IMG/VR virus record: IMGVR_UViG_3300045988_059940
Location: 38,650 to 102,649 of that record
Source of the DNA: a virus
Strand: one strand, 5' to 3'
Length of the DNA stretch: 64,000 nucleotides
The stretch's first letter is position 1. Each line of letters starts with the position of its first letter. This document shows, piece after piece, positions 32,061 through 40,934 of this stretch. The notes beneath the pieces were generated by a model. That model saw only the letters and a program-made list of their open reading frames with translations, was not told where the DNA came from and made no database searches. The position numbers were made by a program, and so were the translations under genes.

Positions 32061-32295
32061 GAAATACTATGTTGTATGTAACAGTTTCTTTGGAGTCCCA
32101 AAAAACAAATATACCACATACATTATTACACAAAATAACTGTATAACATTTGCAGTAGCAATGTTAAATAGAAGTGGTATATGGTATGAGAAAGGTACAC
32201 TTAAAACAACAGCAGATGATGATTGGAACTATATATCTCTACATAAAAATAAAGTAGAAATTACCAAGGAACAATGGCTAAGAATATTTAAATAA
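32053..32295 (+). CDS. Hypothetical protein (80 aa)
   Basis: Track ORF that overlaps its upstream neighbour. Confidence 0.55.
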   Translation: MNKKYYVVCNSFFGVPKNKYTTYIITQNNCITFAVAMLNRSGIWYEKGTLKTTADDDWNYISLHKNKVEITKEQWLRIFK

Positions 32296-32352
32296 GGATT
32301 TATTTTTACCATATAAAATTTGAAAGATTGGAGACAGATATTAAAAACCTTA

Positions 32353-32385
32353 ATACCACGATTCGTGAGAACCGTGGTATTTTTA
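32353..32385 (+). terminator. Rho-independent terminator
   Basis: ATACCACG-loop-CGTGGTAT followed by TTTTT. Confidence 0.7.
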
Positions 32386-32395
32386 AAGCATTACC

Positions 32396-32700
32396 TAATC
32401 CAGCCACACCACAGTGACAGTCCTAAGCCTGTTAAATGGAGAAGGGGTAATTGTAAACAACTCTAAATTGAATATGGGTAATGAGCCTACGCCCCGTTTA
32501 GATAGTTTACAGCTCACCTAACGAGCAGCTCACTCAAAGTATATGTGGAATACTGAGAGTAAAAGAGGCGGCCGATAACCAAATCCGAGTTTATATATTT
32601 AGAAAAGCTTTATCAGCAAAACGAACATTATTGTGCACAATAATGTTTATGTGTAGTTTAGTCCAACAATATGTTTCTGCTCTGGAAGTTTTTACACATT
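32396..32700 (+). ncRNA. Structured element A (copy 1 of a roughly 300-nt family)
   Basis: It shares with element B, in the same order, TAATC(C/T)AGCCA, then GTCCTAAGCC, then GAGAAGGGG(G)TAA, then the hairpin TCATAGGTATTATGA. There is no ORF. Confidence 0.4.
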
Positions 32701-32773
32701 TCTCCCTTAGCTCAATCTAGTCAGAGCATCATAGGTATTATGAAAGATTCTGGTGCAAATCCAGAAGGGAGAA
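32701..32773 (+). ncRNA. tRNA-like element with a shortened (15-nt) anticodon arm
   Basis: The acceptor (TCTCCCT/AGGGAGA) is perfect, and the D-arm (GCTC/GAGC) and T-arm (TCTGG-TGCAAAT-CCAGA) are present. The anticodon arm is TCATA-GGTAT-TATGA, with a 5-nt loop, or 4 bp plus AGGTATT. Confidence 0.5.
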
Positions 32774-32814
32774 CGAACGACGTTTTTAAATTTTGCATAA
32801 GAAAAAGGATTATG

Positions 32815-32945
32815 TTTCGCTAAGTAACCTGTGAAGGCGAAAGAAATAGGAATTGATACGAAATTTCGCTGAGTAATCTGCAAAGATGAAAAGATTACGG
32901 AATTTGGAAAGCGTAAATCTGTGAAGACAAGCGCTTTTGTTTTTA
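32815..32945 (+). repeat. Three tandem hairpins with related loop sequences
   Basis: The stems are TTTCGC...GCGAAA, AAATTTCG..GTAATCT...AGATTAC..CGGAATTT and AAGCG...CGCTT followed by a T-run. The loops carry CCTGTGAAG, TCTGCAAAG and TCTGTGAAG. Confidence 0.5.
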
Positions 32946-32954
32946 CGTTTATCT

Positions 32955-33253
32955 TAATCTAGCCAGTCCCAATGTCGGTCCTAAGCCCGAAATGCGTTCA
33001 TTACGTATAATAGAGAAGGGGGTAAACGCACACCAAAAATGGCGTAATTAACCAAGGTGTGTCTCTCAGTCCAGACGTAAGAGAGTAATCCGCTCATAGT
33101 GGGAATATGAGTGAAAAAATACAATTAAGTAAGTAGTTGTAGAAAGAATTAAAATAAGTGCTTACTCACAAAACCGAAAATAATGTGTTTGGGTTTATCG
33201 TAGCGCGCAAAGAAGCGGATTTCAGAACACATAATCGTCATAGGTATTATGAC
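32955..33253 (+). ncRNA. Structured element B (copy 2 of the family)
   Basis: It has the same ordered motifs as element A (32955, 32978, 33012, hairpin 33237-33253) plus many local helices such as CACACC/GGTGTG, CTCTC/GAGAG and CTCATA/TATGAG. Confidence 0.4.
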
Positions 33254-33861
33254 AATCTTTCTCTCTTAGTTTAAATAATAAAACATCTATAAGATAGGAA
33301 ATATTGAAACACCTATTAATAGAAGATATTGGCGTAAATCCAATAGAGAGAACTATTTTATTCAAATATAGCAGTAACTATTATACCAAAAACTTAATAA
33401 CTTTCCAAGTCATTGAGGACACCAGTTTCTTACACCCAGTAAGTTTTAGGTGTAAAATGCAATTCAAGACACTAATCACGTCTAGAATCCATCTTTGTTT
33501 GAATTGATTACTCAAACGGAGAAATACCCGTAAAACGGAGCTCAACTACAAAATACGCTCGTAGTTGCTGAGTATAGGTAGAATTGTGTTTAGTAATTGA
33601 GTACGAGGATACGAAGTTACGTGACACTCTGGAAAGACAGAGAGTATGCTTAATTGCGCAAGTAAGTATACTAGCACTATCGTATAACATATAGATTACG
33701 CTCCGTGCTGTCGGAGAAATGTAGGCTTATTACCTACTAGTGCACTAATTGTTGTCAGCCCCTGTGTGAATAATAGTAACACTTATAGGAACTGTCTGGT
33801 GTGGTCACGAAAGTGGCAATTTAATCATAGCTTAATTAAATCCTGCTATGGGGTAAATATT

Positions 33862-34317
33862 ATGGCAATTAAATGTTTTAAACATGAAAACAATTCTAAG
33901 GCTTACATTGACAGTAAACACATCTGCTATGTAAGAGAATGGTCAGACGGAGAAACAGAAATAGCCACAGTAGATGGAGGTTCAACCTATGTGAAACAAA
34001 GTGTAGAGTCTGTTGTAAGTTGGTGGAAGAAACAACAAGAAACGGACGTAAAAGAGCCTAAGTTCAAAGAGGTTGACGATGTTTATACAATTAGCTTGGC
34101 TAACATAAACAATAGAAGGTATCACGTTGTGGAGGCGCTCAAAGAAGTGCTTAACTTTCACTTAGATGAAAAAAGAAGTTTAGGTGAAAGCAGCAGACTA
34201 ACCGTACTTATAACAAGAAACAAAGTAGAAGCTATGGAGGTATGGGCAAAACTAAAAGCAAGATTGTTCTGTGTCGGTGTCAATGTAATTCTTGAAATAG
34301 ATTCAGTAAGAGAATAG
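33862..34317 (+). CDS. Protein with a ribosomal bL12 (L7/L12) C-terminal-domain-like module
   Basis: The segment ...RYHVVEALKEVLNFHLDEKRSL...KVEAMEVWAKLKARL..GVNVILE matches the bL12 CTD pattern. The track ORF starts at GTG 33766, but ATG 33862 is preferred. The terminal codon is TAG. Confidence 0.45.
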   Translation: MAIKCFKHENNSKAYIDSKHICYVREWSDGETEIATVDGGSTYVKQSVESVVSWWKKQQETDVKEPKFKEVDDVYTISLANINNRRYHVVEALKEVLNFHLDEKRSLGESSRLTVLITRNKVEAMEVWAKLKARLFCVGVNVILEIDSVRE

Positions 34318-34506
34318 ACAACAAGATGGTAAAGTTACGGCTCCTAAAAGATTGTAAGATTGTTATATCTGACAATACTTTAAAAGTATTTAAAGACAAT
34401 AATAATTTTACAGTAGAAATGCAAGCAAAAAAATATTGCAATTGCAGAATACGATAGTTTTGTTGATATTTTATCTAATCTTCCCGTCGAAAAGAAAACT
34501 AGCGAA

Positions 34507-34779
34507 TTGAAAAAACCTGTAAAAGTTTATAAAGTTCGATTGGTACACGTACTCGGCGACAGACTTAGAGCAATAAAAGCGGTTAAAGAAATACTTAATC
34601 TCTGCTTAGCAGACGCAAAAGATTATTGCAGAATTGAAGAGTCAAACAAAACTGAATCAATAGTTGTATGTACAACAACAAATAAAGAAGAGGCCTTGAA
34701 AACATGGTCAAAGTTTAAAGAAGAACTAAAAGACACCAACGTTAAAGTAGATTTCAATGAGTACACATCAGAACAATAA
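34507..34779 (+). CDS. bL12 C-terminal-domain-like protein
   Basis: VKVYKVRLVHVLGDRLRAIKAVKEILNLCLADAKDY...NKEEALKTWSKFKEELKDTNVKVDF aligns with E. coli bL12 [34 protein letters not shown]...[22 protein letters not shown]. The start codon is uncertain: it may be TTG, or it may lie further upstream. Confidence 0.5.
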   Translation: MKKPVKVYKVRLVHVLGDRLRAIKAVKEILNLCLADAKDYCRIEESNKTESIVVCTTTNKEEALKTWSKFKEELKDTNVKVDFNEYTSEQ

Positions 34780-35173
34780 AAAGACAACTGCTCTCACAGA
34801 AGCAATGCTGCCCAAATTACGCAAAACGGTCCACATCGAAGGCGAAAAGAAGCAAAAATCTTTCGCCAAGCATAGGCGCAAATCCTATGTGTATGATGCT
34901 GAAAAAGACAAATACGTCAAGGTCTGGCGTAATCCTCCTAAGAAAGATATGACCAAAAAAGAGCTCAAAGAGTTCTACGGTCATGGATTCAAAGTGACAT
35001 TTACTCCTGTTCGAGAAATAGAACTGAAAAAGTTCAACATCACTCTACGCTTCAACCGTAGCAATCAATTTATTGATTTTACGGGAGTTGAAGACAAAGA
35101 GGATATACAAATGGTTTCATCTGTACTCGGACAACCAGTAGGGAAAGTATTGCAATTCTTCCAAGACATCTAG
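34757..35173 (+). CDS. Hypothetical basic protein (138 aa)
   Basis: Track ORF with TAG as the terminal codon. Confidence 0.6.
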   Translation: MSTHQNNKKTTALTEAMLPKLRKTVHIEGEKKQKSFAKHRRKSYVYDAEKDKYVKVWRNPPKKDMTKKELKEFYGHGFKVTFTPVREIELKKFNITLRFNRSNQFIDFTGVEDKEDIQMVSSVLGQPVGKVLQFFQDI

Positions 35174-35174
35174 T

Positions 35175-35393
35175 ATGAGGTTTCAAAATCAACTCCATCA
35201 ACCTAGGAAAAAGACTAAAACGGTCGATAAACTAGGTAATCAGAGAAGGCGTATGTGGTTTAAGTGTGGTAATTCAACCATGCTCTTTACCGAATGTACA
35301 CCAGAAGCAGCCAAATGCCTAAACCGCTCATTAAAAGAACTGTTACAGGCATACGGCTGCAAGTTAGAAGGAACATTTATTGTAACAAAATGA
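35175..35393 (+). CDS. Hypothetical protein (72 aa)
   Basis: Track ORF. Confidence 0.5.
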   Translation: MRFQNQLHQPRKKTKTVDKLGNQRRRMWFKCGNSTMLFTECTPEAAKCLNRSLKELLQAYGCKLEGTFIVTK

Positions 35394-35815
35394 ACGAAAG
35401 AGTGACTTTGCTCCAAGCTAAACGATTACGTAGGCTTGGATATAATAAACCATGTTCAACGTATCATTGCGCAGCAGGCAACCAAATCAAGGTAGACAAA
35501 CCTATGAATTGGAATGCCGAAAAACGGCAATTTTGGTACGATAACTCGAATGAACATCAATGTACCTCTATTCCTAAATGTGATGATGTTATCAATTGGT
35601 TAAGAGAGAAATATAAAATTATAGCAACTACATTTGCTTTTAGAAGTATGTCACCTGATACAGAAACTATACGATATGAAACGCACGCTTCGTGTCGTGA
35701 AAAATCTAAGTGTAAACTTATATTTGCAAGAAAAAGGTTCTATAAAGATATTTTCGCTGCTAAACGTGGCATCATCACTAAGTGTTTAACTTACATAGAA
35801 TCATTATCAAAATGA
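35390..35815 (+). CDS. Hypothetical protein (141 aa)
   Basis: ATG 35390 overlaps the upstream TGA (ATGA) and is in frame with track ORF 35294..35815. Confidence 0.55.
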   Translation: MNERVTLLQAKRLRRLGYNKPCSTYHCAAGNQIKVDKPMNWNAEKRQFWYDNSNEHQCTSIPKCDDVINWLREKYKIIATTFAFRSMSPDTETIRYETHASCREKSKCKLIFARKRFYKDIFAAKRGIITKCLTYIESLSK

Positions 35816-36174
35816 CAAAAGAACTTAGCCCCAAATGGCTCATCATAGCATTTATTACAATGCTACTATTGTTGTTTGCCAAAAATGTATTTGGTCAAAC
35901 AAAGACAACGGTAAAACCAGATACTGTGTTGTGTAAGAATGAATGTATTGTAAAATATGTTCAGACTGAAACAAAGTCTGGTAAGGTGAAAACCTACGCT
36001 GTTTACAAAGACGAAAAGAATGGTATCGAGGAGTTAATTCCTATATCTCAAACCGTTCTAGATTACGTAAAACTATGCGGTCAGAATAACTTGAAACCTA
36101 CATTAGGTATTAAAGTTAAGAATGGCCAAATAGTATCTCTCATTCGGTACAAGCCTAAATTTGTTAAAAAATGA
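35812..36174 (+). CDS. Secreted or membrane-anchored hypothetical protein
   Basis: ATG 35812 follows ATTATCAAA, and the N-terminal hydrophobic signal is ...LLLLFAKNVFGQ. Confidence 0.55.
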   Translation: MTKELSPKWLIIAFITMLLLLFAKNVFGQTKTTVKPDTVLCKNECIVKYVQTETKSGKVKTYAVYKDEKNGIEELIPISQTVLDYVKLCGQNNLKPTLGIKVKNGQIVSLIRYKPKFVKK

Positions 36175-36611
36175 AACAAGGCAATGTTGTACGAAGGATA
36201 ACAACAAATGGTACGCTGGTTGGCGCTTATTACATGGTTCATAAAGCCAAAGGTAATGAGTTGCTAGCCAGCTCACCAGCTGGCGATAAACCAGTAGTGT
36301 TAAATAAGGATGAATTTGTCAAAATCCCAAAATATATCTTACGTGTAAATAAAACTACATTTAAGAAAGTATTAAATGGTTTAAGAACAATAGAACGAGA
36401 ACCGTCTAAAAACTGGGAGAAAGTCTATGATGCAAACGGAGATGGTATAATCGCGGTTTACAATGTAGAATTAGACCAATATTTATACTTTGAGTATGGT
36501 AACGTAACGAAAGTATTACGTACAAACATACTTGGAGAAAATAGATTTGGTCAATTGAGACAACTTCAACCATTAATCAGAGTTGAACTAAAAACTAGAA
36601 TTTGGTTATGA
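36171..36611 (+). CDS. Hypothetical protein (146 aa)
   Basis: Track ORF with ATGA coupling. Confidence 0.6.
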   Translation: MKQGNVVRRITTNGTLVGAYYMVHKAKGNELLASSPAGDKPVVLNKDEFVKIPKYILRVNKTTFKKVLNGLRTIEREPSKNWEKVYDANGDGIIAVYNVELDQYLYFEYGNVTKVLRTNILGENRFGQLRQLQPLIRVELKTRIWL

Positions 36612-37258
36612 TAACATTTGAAAGATTCTTAGAACTTTTTTGTAAAAAGGCTAGAATTAAATACGTATCGTTAGCAAAAACGCGACAACAAATACGATTG
36701 AATTTCACCGAATTATGCCACAAAGATATTATCAACGGAGTATACATCAAGAAATATAAAGTATATTTTGAACGATTGAATGTATTCTATAATATAGGAA
36801 ATTGTACAGAAGACTTTCCATCAAAAGATGAATATGTGTGTATTTTCGTTGAAAATAATCCTGAGATAATTATATCTAAAAAAGCAAAAGCATATTGTGT
36901 TAACAGTAGTGTAGGATTGTTCAAAAACGCAAAAGCATGCTGTATACGTTGTGATATACGTTGTTTTGAAAATTCAAAAGTTATTGCATATAAATGTGAT
37001 AATATCACAATGCACGCTAATACGAAAGGATTATTTAAATGTTGTAGTGACATAACAGCAGAATGTAATGCAACAATTAAACTTCTTGGTCATTGTATGG
37101 CGTATGCCACTGGTGATGCGGTTATCACTGCGAGTGAGATGTGTTATGTAGCTGCAACAGATAATGTGAAAATAACTGCAAAACAATACACTTATGCTCT
37201 TATTTATAAAAATGTAACAATTGAAGCAGATGAAACATGTTCAGTTAGAAGATTATGA
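36602..37258 (+). CDS. Hypothetical Cys-rich repeat protein (218 aa)
   Basis: Track ORF with a repetitive pattern suggestive of a beta-helix. Confidence 0.55.
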   Translation: MVMITFERFLELFCKKARIKYVSLAKTRQQIRLNFTELCHKDIINGVYIKKYKVYFERLNVFYNIGNCTEDFPSKDEYVCIFVENNPEIIISKKAKAYCVNSSVGLFKNAKACCIRCDIRCFENSKVIAYKCDNITMHANTKGLFKCCSDITAECNATIKLLGHCMAYATGDAVITASEMCYVAATDNVKITAKQYTYALIYKNVTIEADETCSVRRL

Positions 37259-37443
37259 AAACTCCAAAACCAGGTCAATTTGCTAATATTAACGGTGTAA
37301 TTGTACGTGCTGTTGTGCGTAAATCTGGATGTAAAGGATGTATGTTTGACAACCTGTTCGGCTGTCCTCGAATGAAAGACGAGCGTAGCAAAGAGTCACG
37401 TATTGACTGTGAGTTAGCAGGAATTATATTCAAAAAGATATGA
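37255..37443 (+). CDS. Hypothetical protein (62 aa)
   Basis: Track ORF with ATGA coupling. Confidence 0.5.
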   Translation: MKTPKPGQFANINGVIVRAVVRKSGCKGCMFDNLFGCPRMKDERSKESRIDCELAGIIFKKI

Positions 37444-37799
37444 ATACATTACAAAAAGCACTGAAACGAAGGTTAGACTGTTTTCTTATCGGTCTATGTG
37501 GAGAAGAAGACTTGAAAGACAAATATAACATGGCTTATATTATTCTTCGCGGCAAACTGACACCTAGATTTTTGTACATACACGAAAAAGAGTTATATGA
37601 ACTCGGATATTCCTTAGACAAAGTGGTCGAAGGTAAAGTATGTATAATTACAAAAAGTGGTACAGAATATAAAAACTGTGAATGTATTTGTTATACAAAA
37701 TACAATTGCAGCGTAGAAAATGGGAATATAGTCATAATAAGTGGCAAAGTACATTGTATCACGAGAGCTTTATTCGTACAAAAGAGAACAACAAACTGA
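37440..37799 (+). CDS. Hypothetical protein (119 aa)
   Basis: Track ORF with ATGA coupling. Confidence 0.55.
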   Translation: MNTLQKALKRRLDCFLIGLCGEEDLKDKYNMAYIILRGKLTPRFLYIHEKELYELGYSLDKVVEGKVCIITKSGTEYKNCECICYTKYNCSVENGNIVIISGKVHCITRALFVQKRTTN

Positions 37800-37836
37800 A
37801 TGTCAAATTGTATGACAAATCACAAATGATGTATAT

Positions 37837-38070
37837 ATGAAAAAATTATTTGGCAAAGGCCTAACATTCTTATACGGAAATATACTGCTGGTAATGGCTG
37901 TAATTCCGTTGGTAGAGTTAATTACAAAACCGCAACTTATGACGGGATTTAGTACATTGGCTCTAAGTTTAAACTTGATAATATTAATAATATTAATGTT
38001 GTCAGGCTGTGTAATAGTTTATTTTGGTTGGTACCGCATAGTGGAAGAAGACCAGACTGAAAAAGACTAA
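37837..38070 (+). CDS. Small membrane protein (77 aa)
   Basis: Two hydrophobic segments. Confidence 0.55.
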   Translation: MKKLFGKGLTFLYGNILLVMAVIPLVELITKPQLMTGFSTLALSLNLIILIILMLSGCVIVYFGWYRIVEEDQTEKD

Positions 38071-38076
38071 AAATCA

Positions 38077-38103
38077 AGAGGGGTGGAATCAATCCATCCC
38101 TCT
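38077..38103 (+). terminator. Strong hairpin after gene 37837..38070
   Basis: AGAGGGGTGGA-ATCAA-TCCATCCCTCT forms an 11-bp stem with one G.U pair. There is no U-tract. Confidence 0.45.
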
Positions 38104-38286
38104 ACAAAAGACTTTTAATGTGGCCAAAGACAGTTGCAAGCCTGTAAACACAGAGCAAAAAGTCCATTTTACTTATTTAATTCAATTTTAAATGTTTAAC
38201 GTTATTATCTTTAATAAGCAAACAGAATGCCAGTATTAGCGAATACTTTTGAAGTATAGTGCTTGTGAAAGTATTATACTTTTTAT

Positions 38287-38373
38287 GCCTCCATGTTGTA
38301 ACTAGGTAGCCAAGGTAGACTTAAAATCTACTGAACAGTAATGTTCGTATGGGTTCGAATCCCATTGGAGGTA
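38287..38373 (+). tRNA. tRNA-Leu (UAA), class II
   Basis: GCCTCCA / GTAGA-CTTAAAA-TCTAC / variable arm TGAACAGTAATGTTCGT / ATGGG-TTCGAAT-CCCAT / TGGAGGT-A. Confidence 0.9.
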
Positions 38374-38446
38374 CTACGGTTTTTCCAAGTTTCCATAAAA
38401 CTGGATATTAAATATTTAATAAAAACTTTCAAAAATTATCAAAATT

Positions 38447-38878
38447 ATGAAACATTTATTTAGTGCAGTAATAGCATTTATTTTAATCGTTGCTGCATTG
38501 TGTGGAATTATGAGCCTGACTTCTTGTCGAGGTGAATCGCCACAAGAAAAACAAAAAGAGTTTGCAAAACAGTATGAACTGTATGCAAACCCAGAGTTCT
38601 CTTCTTTTGAAGAAGCACTCGACTATCAAGCTGCTGACATTAAGCAGTTTAGAGAGGACTCTGTATTTCGATGTATACCCGAAGAGTCATTGGAAAAAGT
38701 TATCATCGTATTACAGAACACTGGTGCCAAACTGTCAAAAAGTACAATTGCCGAACAATACTTAGAAGGCAAGAAGATATTTGACAACCTCGAACCGAAG
38801 ATAGAACACAAACAAGTCCAAGAGGAGATTGACAGTATCGCATCGTTACAACTAACAACAACTTCAAAAGATGAATAG
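38447..38878 (+). CDS. Lipoprotein (143 aa)
   Basis: The signal peptide carries the lipobox LTSC, and the start context is ATTATCAAAATTATG. The terminal codon is TAG. Confidence 0.6.
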   Translation: MKHLFSAVIAFILIVAALCGIMSLTSCRGESPQEKQKEFAKQYELYANPEFSSFEEALDYQAADIKQFREDSVFRCIPEESLEKVIIVLQNTGAKLSKSTIAEQYLEGKKIFDNLEPKIEHKQVQEEIDSIASLQLTTTSKDE

Positions 38879-39320
38879 GGCGCTCGTTGTGCGCTATTAT
38901 GGCGCAGAATTGAACGAGGAACAAATTGCAAAGATTGCAGTTATTGTTTCTCAAATGGTCAAAGAAGAAGACAAAAACAAGATTTCTATTGCAGTGTTCG
39001 ATGCAAACAACATCGACAATGCAATACTTAACTTTACGCCAATTGTTCAAAGGAAAGACGAAATCGTAGAACTAGTCAATCTCATGAAAACAAGACTGGG
39101 CTATACGGATTCGAAGCCAGCAATTACGTATGTTTTTGCTATTCTGGACAAAGTAAAGAGTGATAATGACTTTTTACACGACTTTATGCAAGTACATAGT
39201 GTATTGTCAAAAATAGACGAAACACAATTTGCCAACATTGCTAAAAAATGCAATGTAAAGAAACATTTCATTGAAACAATGTACAGCATAGGCAACCGAA
39301 TCTTCTTCAATGTGTGCTAA
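38871..39320 (+). CDS. Hypothetical protein (149 aa)
   Basis: Track ORF. Confidence 0.55.
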   Translation: MNRALVVRYYGAELNEEQIAKIAVIVSQMVKEEDKNKISIAVFDANNIDNAILNFTPIVQRKDEIVELVNLMKTRLGYTDSKPAITYVFAILDKVKSDNDFLHDFMQVHSVLSKIDETQFANIAKKCNVKKHFIETMYSIGNRIFFNVC

Positions 39321-39453
39321 AAAGTATGACGACCAACACAAGGTAGTCAAAAACGGAAAACAAGAACGCGCTAAACACGTAAATGCCATCCCGTATAAGC
39401 GCGAAAAATACAAATATGATGGCGATAGTAAGAATTTTTAAATCATTATCAAA

Positions 39454-39927
39454 ATGGCAAAAGAACAAAAGAAAGTAGAACAACCTGTTACTTTGAGCAT
39501 GGAAAACGTAGTAGACAATATCCGAAAGGATAACACTCTACAACGTAAGAACATTGATGCAGCAATCGAAAAGATTGCTCAGCAAAAAGACGAGAAGCAG
39601 CAGAAAGAAGCTATGGACGCAATGTTGCGTGCTGACTTCAATGTTAAGAAGTCGTTGTTGCAGCTACGTGCTCGTCGTGGTGAAGAGAAAGCCACGAAAG
39701 AAGCTCTCGTGAGGAACGCTGCTTTCCTTAACAGACTTACTGGTCGTGACGGAGAAGGCAAAGAACTTCCTGCCGACCAAGTTATTACTCCCAACGAGTA
39801 TGGTCAACTTCTTGAAGAGTCTAACAGAAAGACCAAAGAAGACATTAGGAAGGTAAACGAAGAGCTCGAAAAGCACACACGCGAATTGCGTGACTCTTTC
39901 GAGGGTCAATATTGCTATTGGTGGTAA
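39454..39927 (+). CDS. Hypothetical charged helical protein (157 aa)
   Basis: Track ORF with start context ATTATCAAAATG. It looks G+C-richer than neighbouring genes. Confidence 0.65.
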   Translation: MAKEQKKVEQPVTLSMENVVDNIRKDNTLQRKNIDAAIEKIAQQKDEKQQKEAMDAMLRADFNVKKSLLQLRARRGEEKATKEALVRNAAFLNRLTGRDGEGKELPADQVITPNEYGQLLEESNRKTKEDIRKVNEELEKHTRELRDSFEGQYCYWW

Positions 39928-39930
39928 CAC

Positions 39931-40369
39931 CTGGTGATGTACAAAAATCAGTATTCAAAATCGAGAGTCTTAGAACCAGTGATTAGCAGAGGAGGAAGGG
40001 AATTAGTTTAACGTTGGACGGATGTTAGTGTATAGAACACCTCGTCTGGTGAATTAACACCAGCTACAAGAGCCTTTGAGCCAGTAGGAATACGAACTTC
40101 TGAAAATACGGAAGTAAAACTATATTAGTATCAAAAATACGTTGCATCTGAGCCAGAGAGCCGAACAAAAAGGTTTAGAGAAACATAATGATGTTCGTGC
40201 AATATATCAAGAGATACGCGTGTCGTAACAAGAACCATTGAGTCAGTTTACATAAACACGTATATTTACCTGTTTAATTGCGTTCTAAGCAATCATAACG
40301 TATTGGATGGATTAGCTACCCAGAAGGTATAATATATGCGCTTAAAACAAAAAAGAATAGGGTCTTTTT
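39931..40369 (+). ncRNA. ORF-free structured region (candidate ncRNA or 3' UTR)
   Basis: About 440 nt without an ORF, ending at the terminator at 40370-40401. Confidence 0.3.
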
Positions 40370-40401
40370 AGTACGTAGAGAAGGCCTATCTACGTACTTT
40401 T
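40370..40401 (+). terminator. Rho-independent terminator directly abutting tRNA-Arg
   Basis: AGTACGTAGA-loop-TCTACGTACT forms a 10-bp stem followed by TTT. Confidence 0.7.
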
Positions 40402-40474
40402 GCACCAGTAGTTCAATGGATAGAGCAGGAGTTTTCTAAACTCTTAGTTGTGGGTTCGAGTCCTACCTGGTGTA
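40402..40474 (+). tRNA. tRNA-Arg (UCU)
   Basis: GCACCAG / GTTC..GAGC / GGAGT-TTTCTAA-ACTCT / GTGGG-TTCGAGT-CCTAC / CTGGTGT-A. Confidence 0.9.
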
Positions 40475-40490
40475 CTAAAACGTAATCAAT

Positions 40491-40934
40491 ATGAAAACAA
40501 AAGGCTATAAAGGAATGCTACGAGATAGACTTCCTCAAACAATAGACATTGCTCTAAAATGGTGTAAAGCCAAAGAGAAATGGATAGACCATACTTATCA
40601 TAATTTTGTACAATTCTTGTCTGATAAAGAAGATAGAGATGAAGCTACTAGAATTATTTTAGGTATAAGTAAAAAATATAGAGAATTTGATTTCCACAAA
40701 AGCGTTATGTGGGACAATTTGTCAGAAGAGGAAACTCTTTATTGGCAAAATGTAGAAACTTGGGTCAATTGGTTTAGAGTAAAGTATATTTACATCCAAA
40801 ATGAATATAACAATTCGTTATCATTAGGATTGAATGTCTATACAATAAAACAAAAGATTAAAAAGAACTTCTTATCAAGTCTCAATGAAGAATGGCAAGA
40901 GAAACTCTGTAATTATTTAATCAGTACATTATGA
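40491..40934 (+). CDS. Hypothetical protein (147 aa)
   Basis: Track ORF. Confidence 0.6.
   Translation: MKTKGYKGMLRDRLPQTIDIALKWCKAKEKWIDHTYHNFVQFLSDKEDRDEATRIILGISKKYREFDFHKSVMWDNLSEEETLYWQNVETWVNWFRVKYIYIQNEYNNSLSLGLNVYTIKQKIKKNFLSSLNEEWQEKLCNYLISTL

Noticed and set aside
24428-33000. A CRISPR array among the various direct repeats (24.4 kb, 29.7 kb, 32.8 kb)
   Set aside because: The repeats are few (2-4), imperfect and AT-rich, with no regular repeat-spacer periodicity and no cas genes nearby.
32396-33253. Calling elements A and B bona fide group I introns on the basis of GUCCUAAG and GGGGUAA strings
   Set aside because: These strings lie near the 5' end of each element, which is the wrong position for P7/J7-3. 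I found no P7 3' strand, no P1/P10 pairing and no flanking exons. I kept them as an unclassified structured RNA family.
33304-33690. Track ORFs 33304..33507 (+) and 33508..33690 (-)
   Set aside because: They lie in the ORF-free structured interval, use non-ATG starts or lack start context, and have an odd composition. They are probably spurious.
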